Below, in pieces: positions 50,404-59,735 of a stretch of DNA of 64,000 nt (position 1 is its first letter; each line of letters begins with the position of its first letter). Origin of the DNA: Myxococcota bacterium (GTDB lineage: Bacteria > Myxococcota_A > UBA9160 > UBA6930). The stretch spans positions 2,560,001 through 2,624,000 of the forward strand of contig OZ245002.1 of assembly GCA_965223415.1 (NCBI GenBank), written 5' to 3'. The position numbers and the translations under genes were made by a program. The notes under the pieces were generated by a model, which worked only from the letters and a program-made list of their open reading frames with translations, made no database searches and was not told the origin of the DNA.

Positions 50404-51413
50404 CAGCGGACGGAGGCGAGGACCTCGGTGCGGGCGGAGTCGAAGATCCGGGTGATCTTCGGCGAGGCGTCCGGGCCGAGGACGATCTCGGGTTCGGCGC
50501 GAAGCGCGGCGCGGAACGACGCGTGACCGTCCGACGGGCGGTCGAGGGCAATGTGCGCGATGCCCCGCAGTAGCTCGGCGCGGGCGATGCGCGGGCCGGA
50601 GTCGTCGCGGACCCAGAGATCGCCGAGCAGGACGAGGCCCAGGTCCGCCATGTCGATGGCCTCCTCGAAGCGGGCGCCGTCCAGGTAGTCGTCGCCCTGG
50701 CCGAGGATGGCGTCGATGGCGGTGTAGGGAGACGCGTCCGAGATCGCTTCCGGCGGGGCCGGAACCGGGGACGGCGGCTCGCAGGCGAGGGTTTCCGGCT
50801 TCGCGGGGGGCGGCGCCGCCTCACAGGCGCAGCTGGACGACGCAGGCTCGGGCTCGGGCAGCCGCGACGCCCCGGGCACCCGCAGCAGGCGGCCGACCAC
50901 CAGGCGCTCCGGATCCTCCAGATCGTTCTCCGCCGCCAGCTCGGCGATCGGGACTTCGTAGCGGCGGGCGATCCGCCAGAGCGTCTCGCCTCGCTCCACT
51001 TCGTGGATGCGGGAGGCCTCGAAGGTCGCCGTCGGTAGCAGGGACGGAGTCGACCGCGGCGCCGCCGCCACGTCCGGCCGCGCCGGCTCCGTTTCCACTT
51101 CCACCTCCGCCGGCAAGGCCGCGACGACGAGCTCGCTCCCGACCGGTAGCTGGCGCACATCGCGAATGCCGTTCAGCATGACCAGCTCGCGAACCGTGAG
51201 GTCGTAGCGGCGAGCGATGGACCACACGGTCTCCCCGGACGCCACCACGTGGACGGAGGGGGGCGGTGCCTCCACTTCGAGCAGCGGCCCCTCCTCCTCC
51301 AGGGCCGACAGGGGCTCCTGGGCGAGGTCTTGGGTCAGGTGCGCACAGCCGAGCAGGAATCCGCTCGCCAGGGGCAGGACGAGCAGGCGAGAGCTACGAG
51401 AGAGGATGGACAC
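50403..51413 (-). CDS. LysM (two copies) peptidoglycan-binding lipoprotein with TPR-like C-terminus
   Basis: LLGC lipobox; HVVASGETVWSIARRY; HEVERGETLWRIARRY. Confidence 0.85.
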   Translation of the reverse strand: MSILSRSSRLLVLPLASGFLLGCAHLTQDLAQEPLSALEEEGPLLEVEAPPPSVHVVASGETVWSIARRYDLTVRELVMLNGIRDVRQLPVGSELVVAALPAEVEVETEPARPDVAAAPRSTPSLLPTATFEASRIHEVERGETLWRIARRYEVPIAELAAENDLEDPERLVVGRLLRVPGASRLPEPEPASSSCACEAAPPPAKPETLACEPPSPVPAPPEAISDASPYTAIDAILGQGDDYLDGARFEEAIDMADLGLVLLGDLWVRDDSGPRIARAELLRGIAHIALDRPSDGHASFRAALRAEPEIVLGPDASPKITRIFDSARTEVLASVR

Positions 51414-51499
51414 GCCGAGGCCTCCGGGGGGCGGAGCGATGGGGGGCGTGTCTTCCTGAGCTTGCCCAGCGGCGGGCCCGGGCGCAAGGCCGCGTCCGG

Positions 51500-51943
51500 C
51501 TAGGAGTCGCGCTCCCGCTTCTGGCAGTCCGGGCAGTGCCCGTAGAGCTCGTGCCGATGCCGGAGCAGCCGGAAGCCGTAGCGCTTCACGATCTCGTCCT
51601 GGGCCTGCTCGATCATCTGGCACTCGAACTCGACGATCTTCCCGCAGCGTACGCACACGAGGTGGTCGTGGTGCTCGTGCTCGATCTCGTAGCGGGTGAT
51701 GCCGTCATCGAAGTGCCGCTCGTTGGCGAGGCCCGCATCGCACAGGAGCTTCATCGTCCGGTACACGGTGGTGTAGCCGATGCTCGGGTGGGCCTCGCGC
51801 ACGCGCTGGTAGAGCTCGTCCCCGGTGATGTGCCCCTTCACGTCCAGGAACACCTCGAGGATCGCCTCGCGCTGCTTGGTGTGCTTGAGGTTGTGGTCCT
51901 CGAGGTAGGAGGCGAGCGCCTTCTGCTCCAGCTCGTGGGCCAC
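51500..51943 (-). CDS. fur: Fur family transcriptional regulator
   Basis: TKQREAIL; IGYTTVYRTMKLL; HHDHLVCVRCGKIVEF; YGHCPDC. Confidence 0.9.
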   Translation of the reverse strand: MAHELEQKALASYLEDHNLKHTKQREAILEVFLDVKGHITGDELYQRVREAHPSIGYTTVYRTMKLLCDAGLANERHFDDGITRYEIEHEHHDHLVCVRCGKIVEFECQMIEQAQDEIVKRYGFRLLRHRHELYGHCPDCQKRERDS

Positions 51944-51946
51944 GTT

Positions 51947-52318
51947 TCAGGGCTCCGCGGCCAGGGGCGACGAGCTGGGCGCGCCGCGCAGGGCGCGCAG
52001 GTTGCGCTGGGCCGGCTCGTGGGAGCAATCCAGCGCCACCGCCCGCTCGAAGGCGCGCTCGGCGTCGGCGGTGCGGCCGGCCGCCAGGTAGGCCACGCCC
52101 AGGTTGTTGTGGGCGGGGGCGGCCTCGGGGACGCGGGTCACCGCCTCCTCGAAGCGGACGATGGCCGTGGCCACGTCGCCCCGATCGAGGGCCTGGTTGC
52201 CGCTCCGGACGAGCCGCGCGCCCTCCAGGGACGCGCAGCCAAAGGCCGCGGCGGCCGCGAAGACCGCCAGCAGCGACGCCATGGGCCGACCCGCGAGCAT
52301 CGCGAGGAGATAGCGCAT
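51947..52318 (-). CDS. TPR lipoprotein
   Basis: AFGC lipobox; AHNNLGVAY; AFERAVALD. Confidence 0.75.
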   Translation of the reverse strand: MRYLLAMLAGRPMASLLAVFAAAAAFGCASLEGARLVRSGNQALDRGDVATAIVRFEEAVTRVPEAAPAHNNLGVAYLAAGRTADAERAFERAVALDCSHEPAQRNLRALRGAPSSSPLAAEP

Positions 52319-52348
52319 GACTGCTACGGCGTCGCGGAGACCCGGCTC

Positions 52349-52995
52349 TCAGAGGTGCTCGGCGAGGAACGCCGCTTCCAGCGCCGCGACCTTCTCGAAC
52401 AGGCACCGCGGTAGGGATCGAAGTGGCCGCCTTCGACGACTACCATCCGCGCGTGGGGGGGGCCGTCGCGGCCGCCTCTGCGACCGATGCCAGGGGAACC
52501 AGGGTGTCGGAGCGCGCGGGAACCAGCAGGAGCGGACACGCGACCCCGGCCGCCCGTTCACCGGGAGCGTAGTCAGCCAGGGCGAAGATCACGCCGGCCG
52601 GCACTTCGTTGGTCCACCCGCTGCCTTCCGGCGCGACCTCGCGAAACGCCTCCCAGCTGCCGGGGGGCGTTGATGACAGCGAACTCGTCGGGACGCCCGA
52701 CGATCGGGATGCGAAGCGGATCCCCGCCCAACGCCTGGCGGAGCCCGTCGGACGGCGCCGACCACAGCGCCTCGGCGATCCACGCCAGACCGGGAGGTGC
52801 CGCGGGCTCGCCGCCCAGGAAGGGCACCTGCGCGACGACGGCGCGGATGTCCGTCCGCTCGGCCGCGAACTGGACGACATGGCCGCCGCCCAACGACGTG
52901 CCCCACAGACCGAGACGCCGGCCGTCCACCTCCGCCTGCTCGCAAAGCCAGCGGAGGGCGGAGCGGTAGTCCGCGATCTGCTCGATCGGCGAGCT
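52349..52995 (-). pseudogene. Alpha/beta hydrolase fragment, 5' truncated, with about three frameshifts
   Basis: QIADYRSAL...LWGTSLGGGH (one frame), CPLLLVPARSDTLVP (second), GGHFDPY (third), FLAEHL stop; shifts near G6 (52662) and G8 (52455). Confidence 0.7.
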
Positions 52996-53019
52996 CCTGG
53001 TCGGCTACCTCGAGGGACG

Positions 53020-53949
53020 CTAGGCGGGCCTCGGATCCTCGTCGATTCGCAGCCGTGCGAGCACCGGCAGGTGGTCGGAGGCCTTGCGAGCCGCGGCGCT
53101 CTCGTGGGCCTCGACCCCCTGGATGCGGGCGCCCCGGGCGTAGACGCGGTCGAGGGCCAGAACCGGGCGTGCCGCGGGGAAGGTGCGGGGCCAGGTCATC
53201 TCTTCGTCGCCGACGAGCTCGCGCTCGAGGGTGCGGGTGGCCTTGCAGTTGCGCCAGGCGTTCATGTCGCCGAGCAGGATCACGGCGCCCTGCAGGCGCG
53301 GGTTCTCGAGGATGCTCGATACCTGCCGGCGTCGGGTGCGGTCGACGAGCGCAAGGTGGGTCGCGACGACCGCCACCGGTCCTTCGCTGCTCGCGAACTC
53401 CACGGCGACGGCGGAGCGCTTCTCGACCCGCGAGAACGAGAGATCGAGAGAGAACACGCTGGTGATCGGCCAGCGGGAGAGGATGGCGTTGCCGATCTCG
53501 CCGCGGCGGTGGACGCGGGTGGCCACGAAGGCCAGGTGCAGGTGCAGGGCGTCGGCCAGCCGCTCGAGGGGATCGGCGCCGCCGTCGAAGGGGCGCAGCA
53601 CCTCCTGGAGACCGATCACGTCGGCCTCCAGCTCGGAGATGACGAAGCCGGCCCGGGCCGGATCCGGCGCACGGGTGCCGTTCAGCCCCGCCCAGCGGTG
53701 CACGTTGTAGGTCGCGACGGTCAGGTCGCGGCCCATCGTCCCGCCCTGGGGAAGGCTGGGCGCACGGACCGCCGCCAGATAGGGAATGGCGGAGCTCAGC
53801 GCGTCCTTCCGCTCGGCGGCGGCTTCCCTGCGGGCGAGCCGCTCGGCCCGGCTGCGCCGCGGGCGGCGGGCCGGCTCCTCGTCCAGCTCGAAGGCGGGCT
53901 CCTTCTCGGTCATGTCCATGGTCATCGGTCGGCGGTGTCCCCCGGTCAA
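53020..53949 (-). CDS. Endonuclease/exonuclease/phosphatase family protein
   Basis: ATYNVH; GLQEV; GNAILSRWP; ATHL; LGDMN; LDRVY; ASDHLP. Confidence 0.9.
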   Translation of the reverse strand: MTGGHRRPMTMDMTEKEPAFELDEEPARRPRRSRAERLARREAAAERKDALSSAIPYLAAVRAPSLPQGGTMGRDLTVATYNVHRWAGLNGTRAPDPARAGFVISELEADVIGLQEVLRPFDGGADPLERLADALHLHLAFVATRVHRRGEIGNAILSRWPITSVFSLDLSFSRVEKRSAVAVEFASSEGPVAVVATHLALVDRTRRRQVSSILENPRLQGAVILLGDMNAWRNCKATRTLERELVGDEEMTWPRTFPAARPVLALDRVYARGARIQGVEAHESAAARKASDHLPVLARLRIDEDPRPA

Positions 53950-54104
53950 CCAGCTCGAATCGGCCGCGGGAATCTAGCGAACGAGGATCCCGTGAGGTGA
54001 AACACACTCGGCAAGACGCTCGCAGCCGCAGGTTCCCGGGCGGGAGCTGCGCACGAATGCGCAGAGCCCAAGGCCGCTCGGCCGGCTGCCGATAGATTCG
54101 GATC

Positions 54105-55484
54105 ATGGCCCGACGCTCCCGAAGCGCCCTCGATTCGCTGGCCGGTGCACCGGCGGTCCGCAAGGCCGCGGCAGCCCTGCTGGACGCGGTCGCGGAGGAG
54201 GCCTCCAGCCGCGTGCTGACACCGAAGGCCTACGCCCGCGCGGTCCGCCAGCTCGTGCGGCTGCGGGGGCGCCCGCTGGGGATGCCCATGCTCCAGGCGG
54301 GCGTGGGCCAGGGCGCCCGGATGCGCATGGCCGACGGCACCACCCTGCTCGACTTCATCGGCGGGATCGGCGTCTACGCCTTCGGCCACAGCGACCGGGA
54401 CCTGCTCGAAACCGCCGTCGCCGCCGCCGCCGTGGACACGGTCTTCCAGGGGCACCTGGTGCCGGGTGTCGAGAACCTGCGTCTCTCGAAGCTGCTCGTG
54501 AAGCACGCCGGCCCGAAGCTCACCCACGCCTGGCTCTCGGTCTCGGGTGCAATGGCCAACGAGAACGCGCTGAAGATGATCCTGCAGAAGCACAGCCCCG
54601 CGGATCGGATCATCGTGTTCGAGAACGCCTTCGCCGGGCGCACCCTGGCGATGGCGGAGCTCACCGACAAGCCGGGCTTCCGCGAGGGTCTGCCCCTGCG
54701 CGGCAACGTCCTGCACGTCCCCTTCTTCGATCCGAATCAGCCGGACCCGATCCGCCACAGCCTGGACGTGCTCGAGACGCACCTGGGCCGCCACCCGGGA
54801 CGCATCGCCGCGATGATGTTCGAGCTGGTGCAGGGCGAGGGCGGCTTCAACACCGCACCGCCCGAGTTCTTCCGTGCGCTGATGGAACGCTGCCGCGAGG
54901 CCGGCCTCGCCGTCTGGGTCGACGAGGTGCAGACCTTCGCGCGCACCGGCGAGCTCTTCGCGTTCCGGACCTTCGGGCTCGAGGAGCTGGTCGACCTGGT
55001 CACCCTCGGCAAGGTGCTGCAGGGCAGCGCCGTACTCTTCCGCCACCGTTACAACCCGCGGCCCGGTCTCGTCTCCGGCACCTACGCGGGCTCGACGGTC
55101 GGCATGGCGGTCGGCGCGCGCATCATCGAGCGCCTCGAAGAAGAAGCCTATCTGGGTCCGGAAGGGCGCATCAACGTGCTCGCGGGCCGCGTCGAGCGCC
55201 GCTTCGAGTCCCTCGAGAAGCGCATGCCCCGCGCGGTGGGCCCGCGCAGCGGCATCGGCGCCATGCAAGCCTTCGTCCCCTGGAACGGGAACCCGGAGGT
55301 GGTGGGCGCCGTCCTACAGAAGTGCTTCGAAGAGGGCCTCCTCGTCTTCGGCGCCGGCCGAAGCCCGATGAAGGTGCGCATGTTGCTTCCCGTCAACACC
55401 ACCGACGAGGAGCTCGAACAGGGCTTCGCGATCCTCGAGAAGGTGCTGGGCGCCGTCGCGGAGGAACGAGGGCTCCCGTGCTGA
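54105..55484 (+). CDS. Class III PLP aminotransferase (probable succinylornithine transaminase role)
   Basis: SGAMANENA; ELVQGEGG; VDEVQT; TLGK; SGTY; first gene of the ast operon. Confidence 0.85.
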   Translation: MARRSRSALDSLAGAPAVRKAAAALLDAVAEEASSRVLTPKAYARAVRQLVRLRGRPLGMPMLQAGVGQGARMRMADGTTLLDFIGGIGVYAFGHSDRDLLETAVAAAAVDTVFQGHLVPGVENLRLSKLLVKHAGPKLTHAWLSVSGAMANENALKMILQKHSPADRIIVFENAFAGRTLAMAELTDKPGFREGLPLRGNVLHVPFFDPNQPDPIRHSLDVLETHLGRHPGRIAAMMFELVQGEGGFNTAPPEFFRALMERCREAGLAVWVDEVQTFARTGELFAFRTFGLEELVDLVTLGKVLQGSAVLFRHRYNPRPGLVSGTYAGSTVGMAVGARIIERLEEEAYLGPEGRINVLAGRVERRFESLEKRMPRAVGPRSGIGAMQAFVPWNGNPEVVGAVLQKCFEEGLLVFGAGRSPMKVRMLLPVNTTDEELEQGFAILEKVLGAVAEERGLPC

Positions 55485-56512
55485 CCCTGCGCCCGGTGGC
55501 CTCCGGGGACCTCGACGATCTGGTCGAGCTGGCGGGCCTCCTGGACTCGATGAACCTGCCGCGGGATCCGGACTTTCTGGCCGGCCGTATCGCGCTCTCG
55601 GAGCGCTCCTTCGCGGGCGCGTTGGACGACCCGGCGGAGGCTGTCTACCAGTTCGTGCTGCACGACGCCGCGGCGGCGCCCCGCGGAAGGGTTGTGGGCA
55701 CGTCCCTGATCCTGGCCAAGCACGGACGCTCCGGCCATCCCTACTACTGGCTCGAGGTCTCGACGGAGGAGCGACGCAGCAACGAGCTCGGCGCCCGCTT
55801 CGTGCACCAGAAGCTCCAGCTCCGCTCGACGGAGGACGGGCCCACCGAAATCGGCGGCCTGATCCTCGATCCCGCCTATCGCGGCCACCCGGAGCGCTGC
55901 GGCAAGGCGCTCTCGATCGTGCGCTTCGCCTGGATCGGCGCCCACCGCGAGCGCTTCCAGCGCGAGGTGATCGCCGAGATGCTCTCTCCCTTCGAGGCTC
56001 CCGGGCAGAACCTCCTGTGGGACGCCTTCGGCGCGAAGTTCACCGGCGTGCCGTATCGGGAGGCCGATCACCTCTCGGCGCGCTCGAAGCAGTTCATCGC
56101 CGATCTCTTTCCGCGCGATCCGGTCTACGCAACGCTCTTCCCGGACGAGGTGCAGAAGGTGATCGGGCAGCCGAACGAGACCGCCAAGGCCGCAGTGCGC
56201 ATCCTCGAAGCGGTCGGCTTCCATCCGCTCAACCAGGTCGATCCCTTCGACGGCGGCCCGTACTACGGCGCGGCGCGGGACGCGATCGTGTCGGTGCGCG
56301 AGCGACGCGAGCTGGTGCTGCCCGGCGTGCCCGCCCGGCGCGAGGCTCCCGAGGATGCGACCCAGGCGCTGCTCTCGACCGAGGCCGGCGGAGGCTTCCG
56401 TGCGACGGTCGTGCCCCTCGACGCGGAGGAGGCACCGATCGTCTCGGAGGCCTGCCGGGAGGCCCTCGGCCTGACCCCCGGCGACCGCGTGAGCGTGACG
56501 CCGCTGCCGTGA
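55478..56512 (+). CDS. astA: Arginine N-succinyltransferase
   Basis: NLPRD..L..RI..S..SF; GPTEIGGLILDPAYR; GKALS..RF; VIAEM; DPFDGGP. Confidence 0.85.
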   Translation: MLTLRPVASGDLDDLVELAGLLDSMNLPRDPDFLAGRIALSERSFAGALDDPAEAVYQFVLHDAAAAPRGRVVGTSLILAKHGRSGHPYYWLEVSTEERRSNELGARFVHQKLQLRSTEDGPTEIGGLILDPAYRGHPERCGKALSIVRFAWIGAHRERFQREVIAEMLSPFEAPGQNLLWDAFGAKFTGVPYREADHLSARSKQFIADLFPRDPVYATLFPDEVQKVIGQPNETAKAAVRILEAVGFHPLNQVDPFDGGPYYGAARDAIVSVRERRELVLPGVPARREAPEDATQALLSTEAGGGFRATVVPLDAEEAPIVSEACREALGLTPGDRVSVTPLP

Positions 56513-57930
56513 CCGATCTCCTCCGCAGCGTGTCGCCGGCGGATCCCGCCGACGAGATCGGCAGCTTCGCCGTGTGGGACGCCGACGCCGTCGCCGAGGC
56601 CGTCGGCCGCGCCCGCGGGGCCTTCCCGCGCTGGCGCGACGCTGGCTTCGACGCGCGCGCGGGCGTGCTGCGGCGCTTCCGCGATCTCACGGCCGCTCGC
56701 AAGGAAGGGCTCGCCCAGCTGATCGCCCGTGAGATGGGCAAGGCGCTGTGGGACGCGCGGGGCGAGGCGGCGCTGCTCCCCGCCAAGGTCGACGTGACCC
56801 TCGAACACGGCATGACCTACGCGGAGACCCTGGCGGCCGGCCCCAAGGCCCGCGCCACCTTCCACCCGCGCGGCGTGCTGGCGGTGCTCGGCCCCTTCAA
56901 CTTTCCCGCCCACCTGCCCAACGGCCACATCGTGCCCGCCCTCGCGACGGGCAACAGCGTCGTGTTCAAGCCCAGCGATCTCACGCCCGCGGTCGGCGAG
57001 TGGATGCAGCGTGCCTGGCGCGACGCCGGTCTTCCGGACGGCGTGTTCGAGCTCGTGCAGGGGGGCGCCGAGACGGGCCAGGCCCTGGCGCTCCACGAGG
57101 ACGTGGACGGCGTGCTCTTCACGGGCTCCTACGCCGTGGGCCGCGCGCTCCGCGAAGCGACCCTCGACCAGCCGGGCAAGCTGCTCGCCCTCGAGATGGG
57201 CGGCAAGAACGCCATGATCGTGTGCGAGGACGCGGACCTCGAGCTCGCCGCGGCCGAGGCGGCCCTCTCCATCGCCGCCACGACCGGGCAGCGTTGCTCG
57301 TGCCTCTCGCGTCTCTTCGTACATCGGAACGTGGTGGACGAGCTGCAGGCGCGGCTGACCTCGACCCTCGCCGGCCTCGCGATCGGTCCGCCCCTCGAGG
57401 AGGGCGTGTTCATGGGCCCCCTCGTCTCCCGTGCGGCCTTCGACCGGGTCCAGCACATGCGCGTCCAGGCCGAGGCCGCCGGCGGCGAGCGCATCTTCCG
57501 CGGCGACATCGATCGCATCGCGCCCTACGTGGCGCCGGGCCTGGTGCGCTTCGCAGGCACCGAGCAGAGCCATCGCTACCAGCGGGAGGAGCTCTTCGGT
57601 CCGGAAGCCGCGATCTACCCCATCGACGATCTCGACCACGGCATCCTCGCCACCAACGACAGTGACTACGGTCTTGCCGCTTCGGTGATGACCCGCGACC
57701 GCCGCCGCTACGAGCACTGCGTCGGCCGCGTGCGCACCGGCATCCTCAACTGGAACAAGGGCACCATCGGCGCCAGCGGACGCCTCCCCTTCGGCGGCGG
57801 CGGCAAGAGCGGCAACGACCGCCCTGCCGGCATCCTGGCCACCGTCTACTGCACGGTTCCCCAATCCCATCTCGAGTCCGACGCCGCACTCGACCCCGAG
57901 GCGCTGCCGCCCGGCTTCCCGCGCCCGTGA
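56509..57930 (+). CDS. astD: Succinylglutamate semialdehyde dehydrogenase
   Basis: PRGVLAVLGPFNFPAHLPNGHIVPAL; LALEMGGKN; TTGQRCS; GASGRLPFGG.GKSGN.RP. Confidence 0.85.
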   Translation: MTDLLRSVSPADPADEIGSFAVWDADAVAEAVGRARGAFPRWRDAGFDARAGVLRRFRDLTAARKEGLAQLIAREMGKALWDARGEAALLPAKVDVTLEHGMTYAETLAAGPKARATFHPRGVLAVLGPFNFPAHLPNGHIVPALATGNSVVFKPSDLTPAVGEWMQRAWRDAGLPDGVFELVQGGAETGQALALHEDVDGVLFTGSYAVGRALREATLDQPGKLLALEMGGKNAMIVCEDADLELAAAEAALSIAATTGQRCSCLSRLFVHRNVVDELQARLTSTLAGLAIGPPLEEGVFMGPLVSRAAFDRVQHMRVQAEAAGGERIFRGDIDRIAPYVAPGLVRFAGTEQSHRYQREELFGPEAAIYPIDDLDHGILATNDSDYGLAASVMTRDRRRYEHCVGRVRTGILNWNKGTIGASGRLPFGGGGKSGNDRPAGILATVYCTVPQSHLESDAALDPEALPPGFPRP

Positions 57931-58913
57931 GCACGCCGCGCTGGCAGCGCGCCGTCCTGATGGGCGACCCCGCCCATTTCAGCGTGCAAGGCGGCGCCAA
58001 CCCCCACACGCGGGATCGCTGGGGCCGCCGCCGCCAGGTCGACCGCTCCCGCGCGATCGTGCAGTGGCACCGCCTGCGCGACACCCTGCGCGATCTGGGT
58101 GTGCGCGTCCTCGTCGTCCCGCCGGACTCCGCCCAGCCCGGCCTCGTCTACCCCGCCAACGCCGGCTTCCAGACCGACGTGGACGCCGAGCTGCCGCTCT
58201 CCGAGAGGACTTTCTACCTCGCCAACCTCCTGCCCACCCGCGCCGGCGAGAAGCCCCACTACCGCCGCGTGCTCGAAGCGGCCGGCTTCCACCTCGGCGC
58301 GATCGACGAGCAGTACCGCATGGAGGGCGAGGCCGACTTCTTCCCCGCCGGCGGGCACTACCTGCTCACCTTCGGCGGCATCGAGAAGCAGCGCTTCGTC
58401 CCGACCCTGGCCTGGCCCCCGTGGAAACGCGTCTACGGCTTCCGCACCGACATCGGTGTGGCGCCCTTCCTGGAGAGCCTCGTCGCGCCGAAGCCCGTGC
58501 TGCACGTCGAGTTGAAGCTCGAGGCCCACTATCACGGAGACACGGCCCTGTGCGCCTTCGGCCCGAAGCGTGAGCTCCTGCTGGCCTACCGGGAAGGGAT
58601 CGCCGCGAAGGACTGGCCGTGGCTCGAGGAGGCCTTCGGCGACGACCTGATCCCGCTCCCGGTCGCGGACGCCGAACGCTATGCGGCGAACTCCTTCACC
58701 CTCACCCAGGGCGGCGAGTCCCACCTCGTCCTGCCGGGCGGCGTCTCCGACGCGCTGCTGGGGCAGATCCGCGAGCGGGGCGTGAACCCGATCACCGTGG
58801 ACGTCTCCGAGTTCCTCAAGAAGGGGGGCGGATCGGTGAAGTGCATGATCGGGGATCTGGGGCCGGTGCCGGCGGGCCACGATCTCGGATCGTCGGTGAT
58901 TTCGGGCGGGTAG
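57927..58913 (+). CDS. Pentein (amidinotransferase/DDAH/arginine dihydrolase-like) enzyme
   Basis: NPH; LVYPANAG; RAGE; MEGEAD; YHGDTA; SEFLKKGGGSVKCM. Confidence 0.85.
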   Translation: MSTPRWQRAVLMGDPAHFSVQGGANPHTRDRWGRRRQVDRSRAIVQWHRLRDTLRDLGVRVLVVPPDSAQPGLVYPANAGFQTDVDAELPLSERTFYLANLLPTRAGEKPHYRRVLEAAGFHLGAIDEQYRMEGEADFFPAGGHYLLTFGGIEKQRFVPTLAWPPWKRVYGFRTDIGVAPFLESLVAPKPVLHVELKLEAHYHGDTALCAFGPKRELLLAYREGIAAKDWPWLEEAFGDDLIPLPVADAERYAANSFTLTQGGESHLVLPGGVSDALLGQIRERGVNPITVDVSEFLKKGGGSVKCMIGDLGPVPAGHDLGSSVISGG

Positions 58914-59267
58914 CGTCCCTTCCGCCTCGATCGGCTGGGCCACCTTTTCGGTCGGGGCCGTCGAGAGCGCATCCGCGTAGCCCCGGCTCTCGTGCCGGGG
59001 AGGAAGCCGCCGCTCGGATTCCCGAAGGCCAAGCGTCTGGGGCGGGATGGGCTCGACGTTCGGGCGGACCCGGGCGAGGAACCTCGCGGAGGCGCGCAGC
59101 TCGGCGAGGCCGGGAGGATGACGGGGAAGCCGCGCGATCCGAGGGACGCCATGGTCTCGAGCCGGGTGCCCTGGGACATCTGGTCGAGGCCGAACACCCG
59201 CGGCCCCCGTTCTCTCGGTTACCATCGAGATCCGGCCCCTGCCGCCGGGACCCCATCAGGAGGACCC

Positions 59268-59609
59268 ATGCGCGACCTGACCCTGCTCGCCCTCACCGTC
59301 GGTCTGCTCGTTGGCCCGGCACCCGTCCTCGCGGACGCCGCCTCTCCGAAGCCCCGCTCTGCCACCCCGGCCGCCAAGACCTCGCCGACAACGGTTGTTC
59401 CGGCGCCCAAGGCCAACGCAAGGAAGATCACGCCTGCCAGCGCTTCGACGGCCGTGAAGCCCGCTCAGGACAAGGAGAAGATCGAGGACGAGATCGACTT
59501 CAGCATCCAGGACACCCAGTCCACGTCCAGCGGGGAACAGAGACTCCGTGGATCTTTGCACAAGAAGCAGGAGGACACGGAGAACGCCACTCGCCAGAAG
59601 ATCAACTGA
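59268..59609 (+). CDS. Small secreted hypothetical protein
   Basis: AGGAGG RBS; signal peptide; Pro/Ala/Lys-rich linker; helical C-terminus. Confidence 0.6.
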   Translation: MRDLTLLALTVGLLVGPAPVLADAASPKPRSATPAAKTSPTTVVPAPKANARKITPASASTAVKPAQDKEKIEDEIDFSIQDTQSTSSGEQRLRGSLHKKQEDTENATRQKIN

Positions 59610-59735
59610 GGTGGCCCCCGGGGGCGCCTCCTCCGACCTCGGGCCGGACGCGGAGGGCCGCTGGGATCTCGAGGGCCTGGACGTCGTCGGCTCAGCCCAG
59701 ACGGACGCGCCGGACCAGCCCTCTCGGGCGCGGCC

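Noticed and set aside
58914..59260. Possible gene in the gap after the ast operon
   Set aside because: No frame gave a recognisable protein
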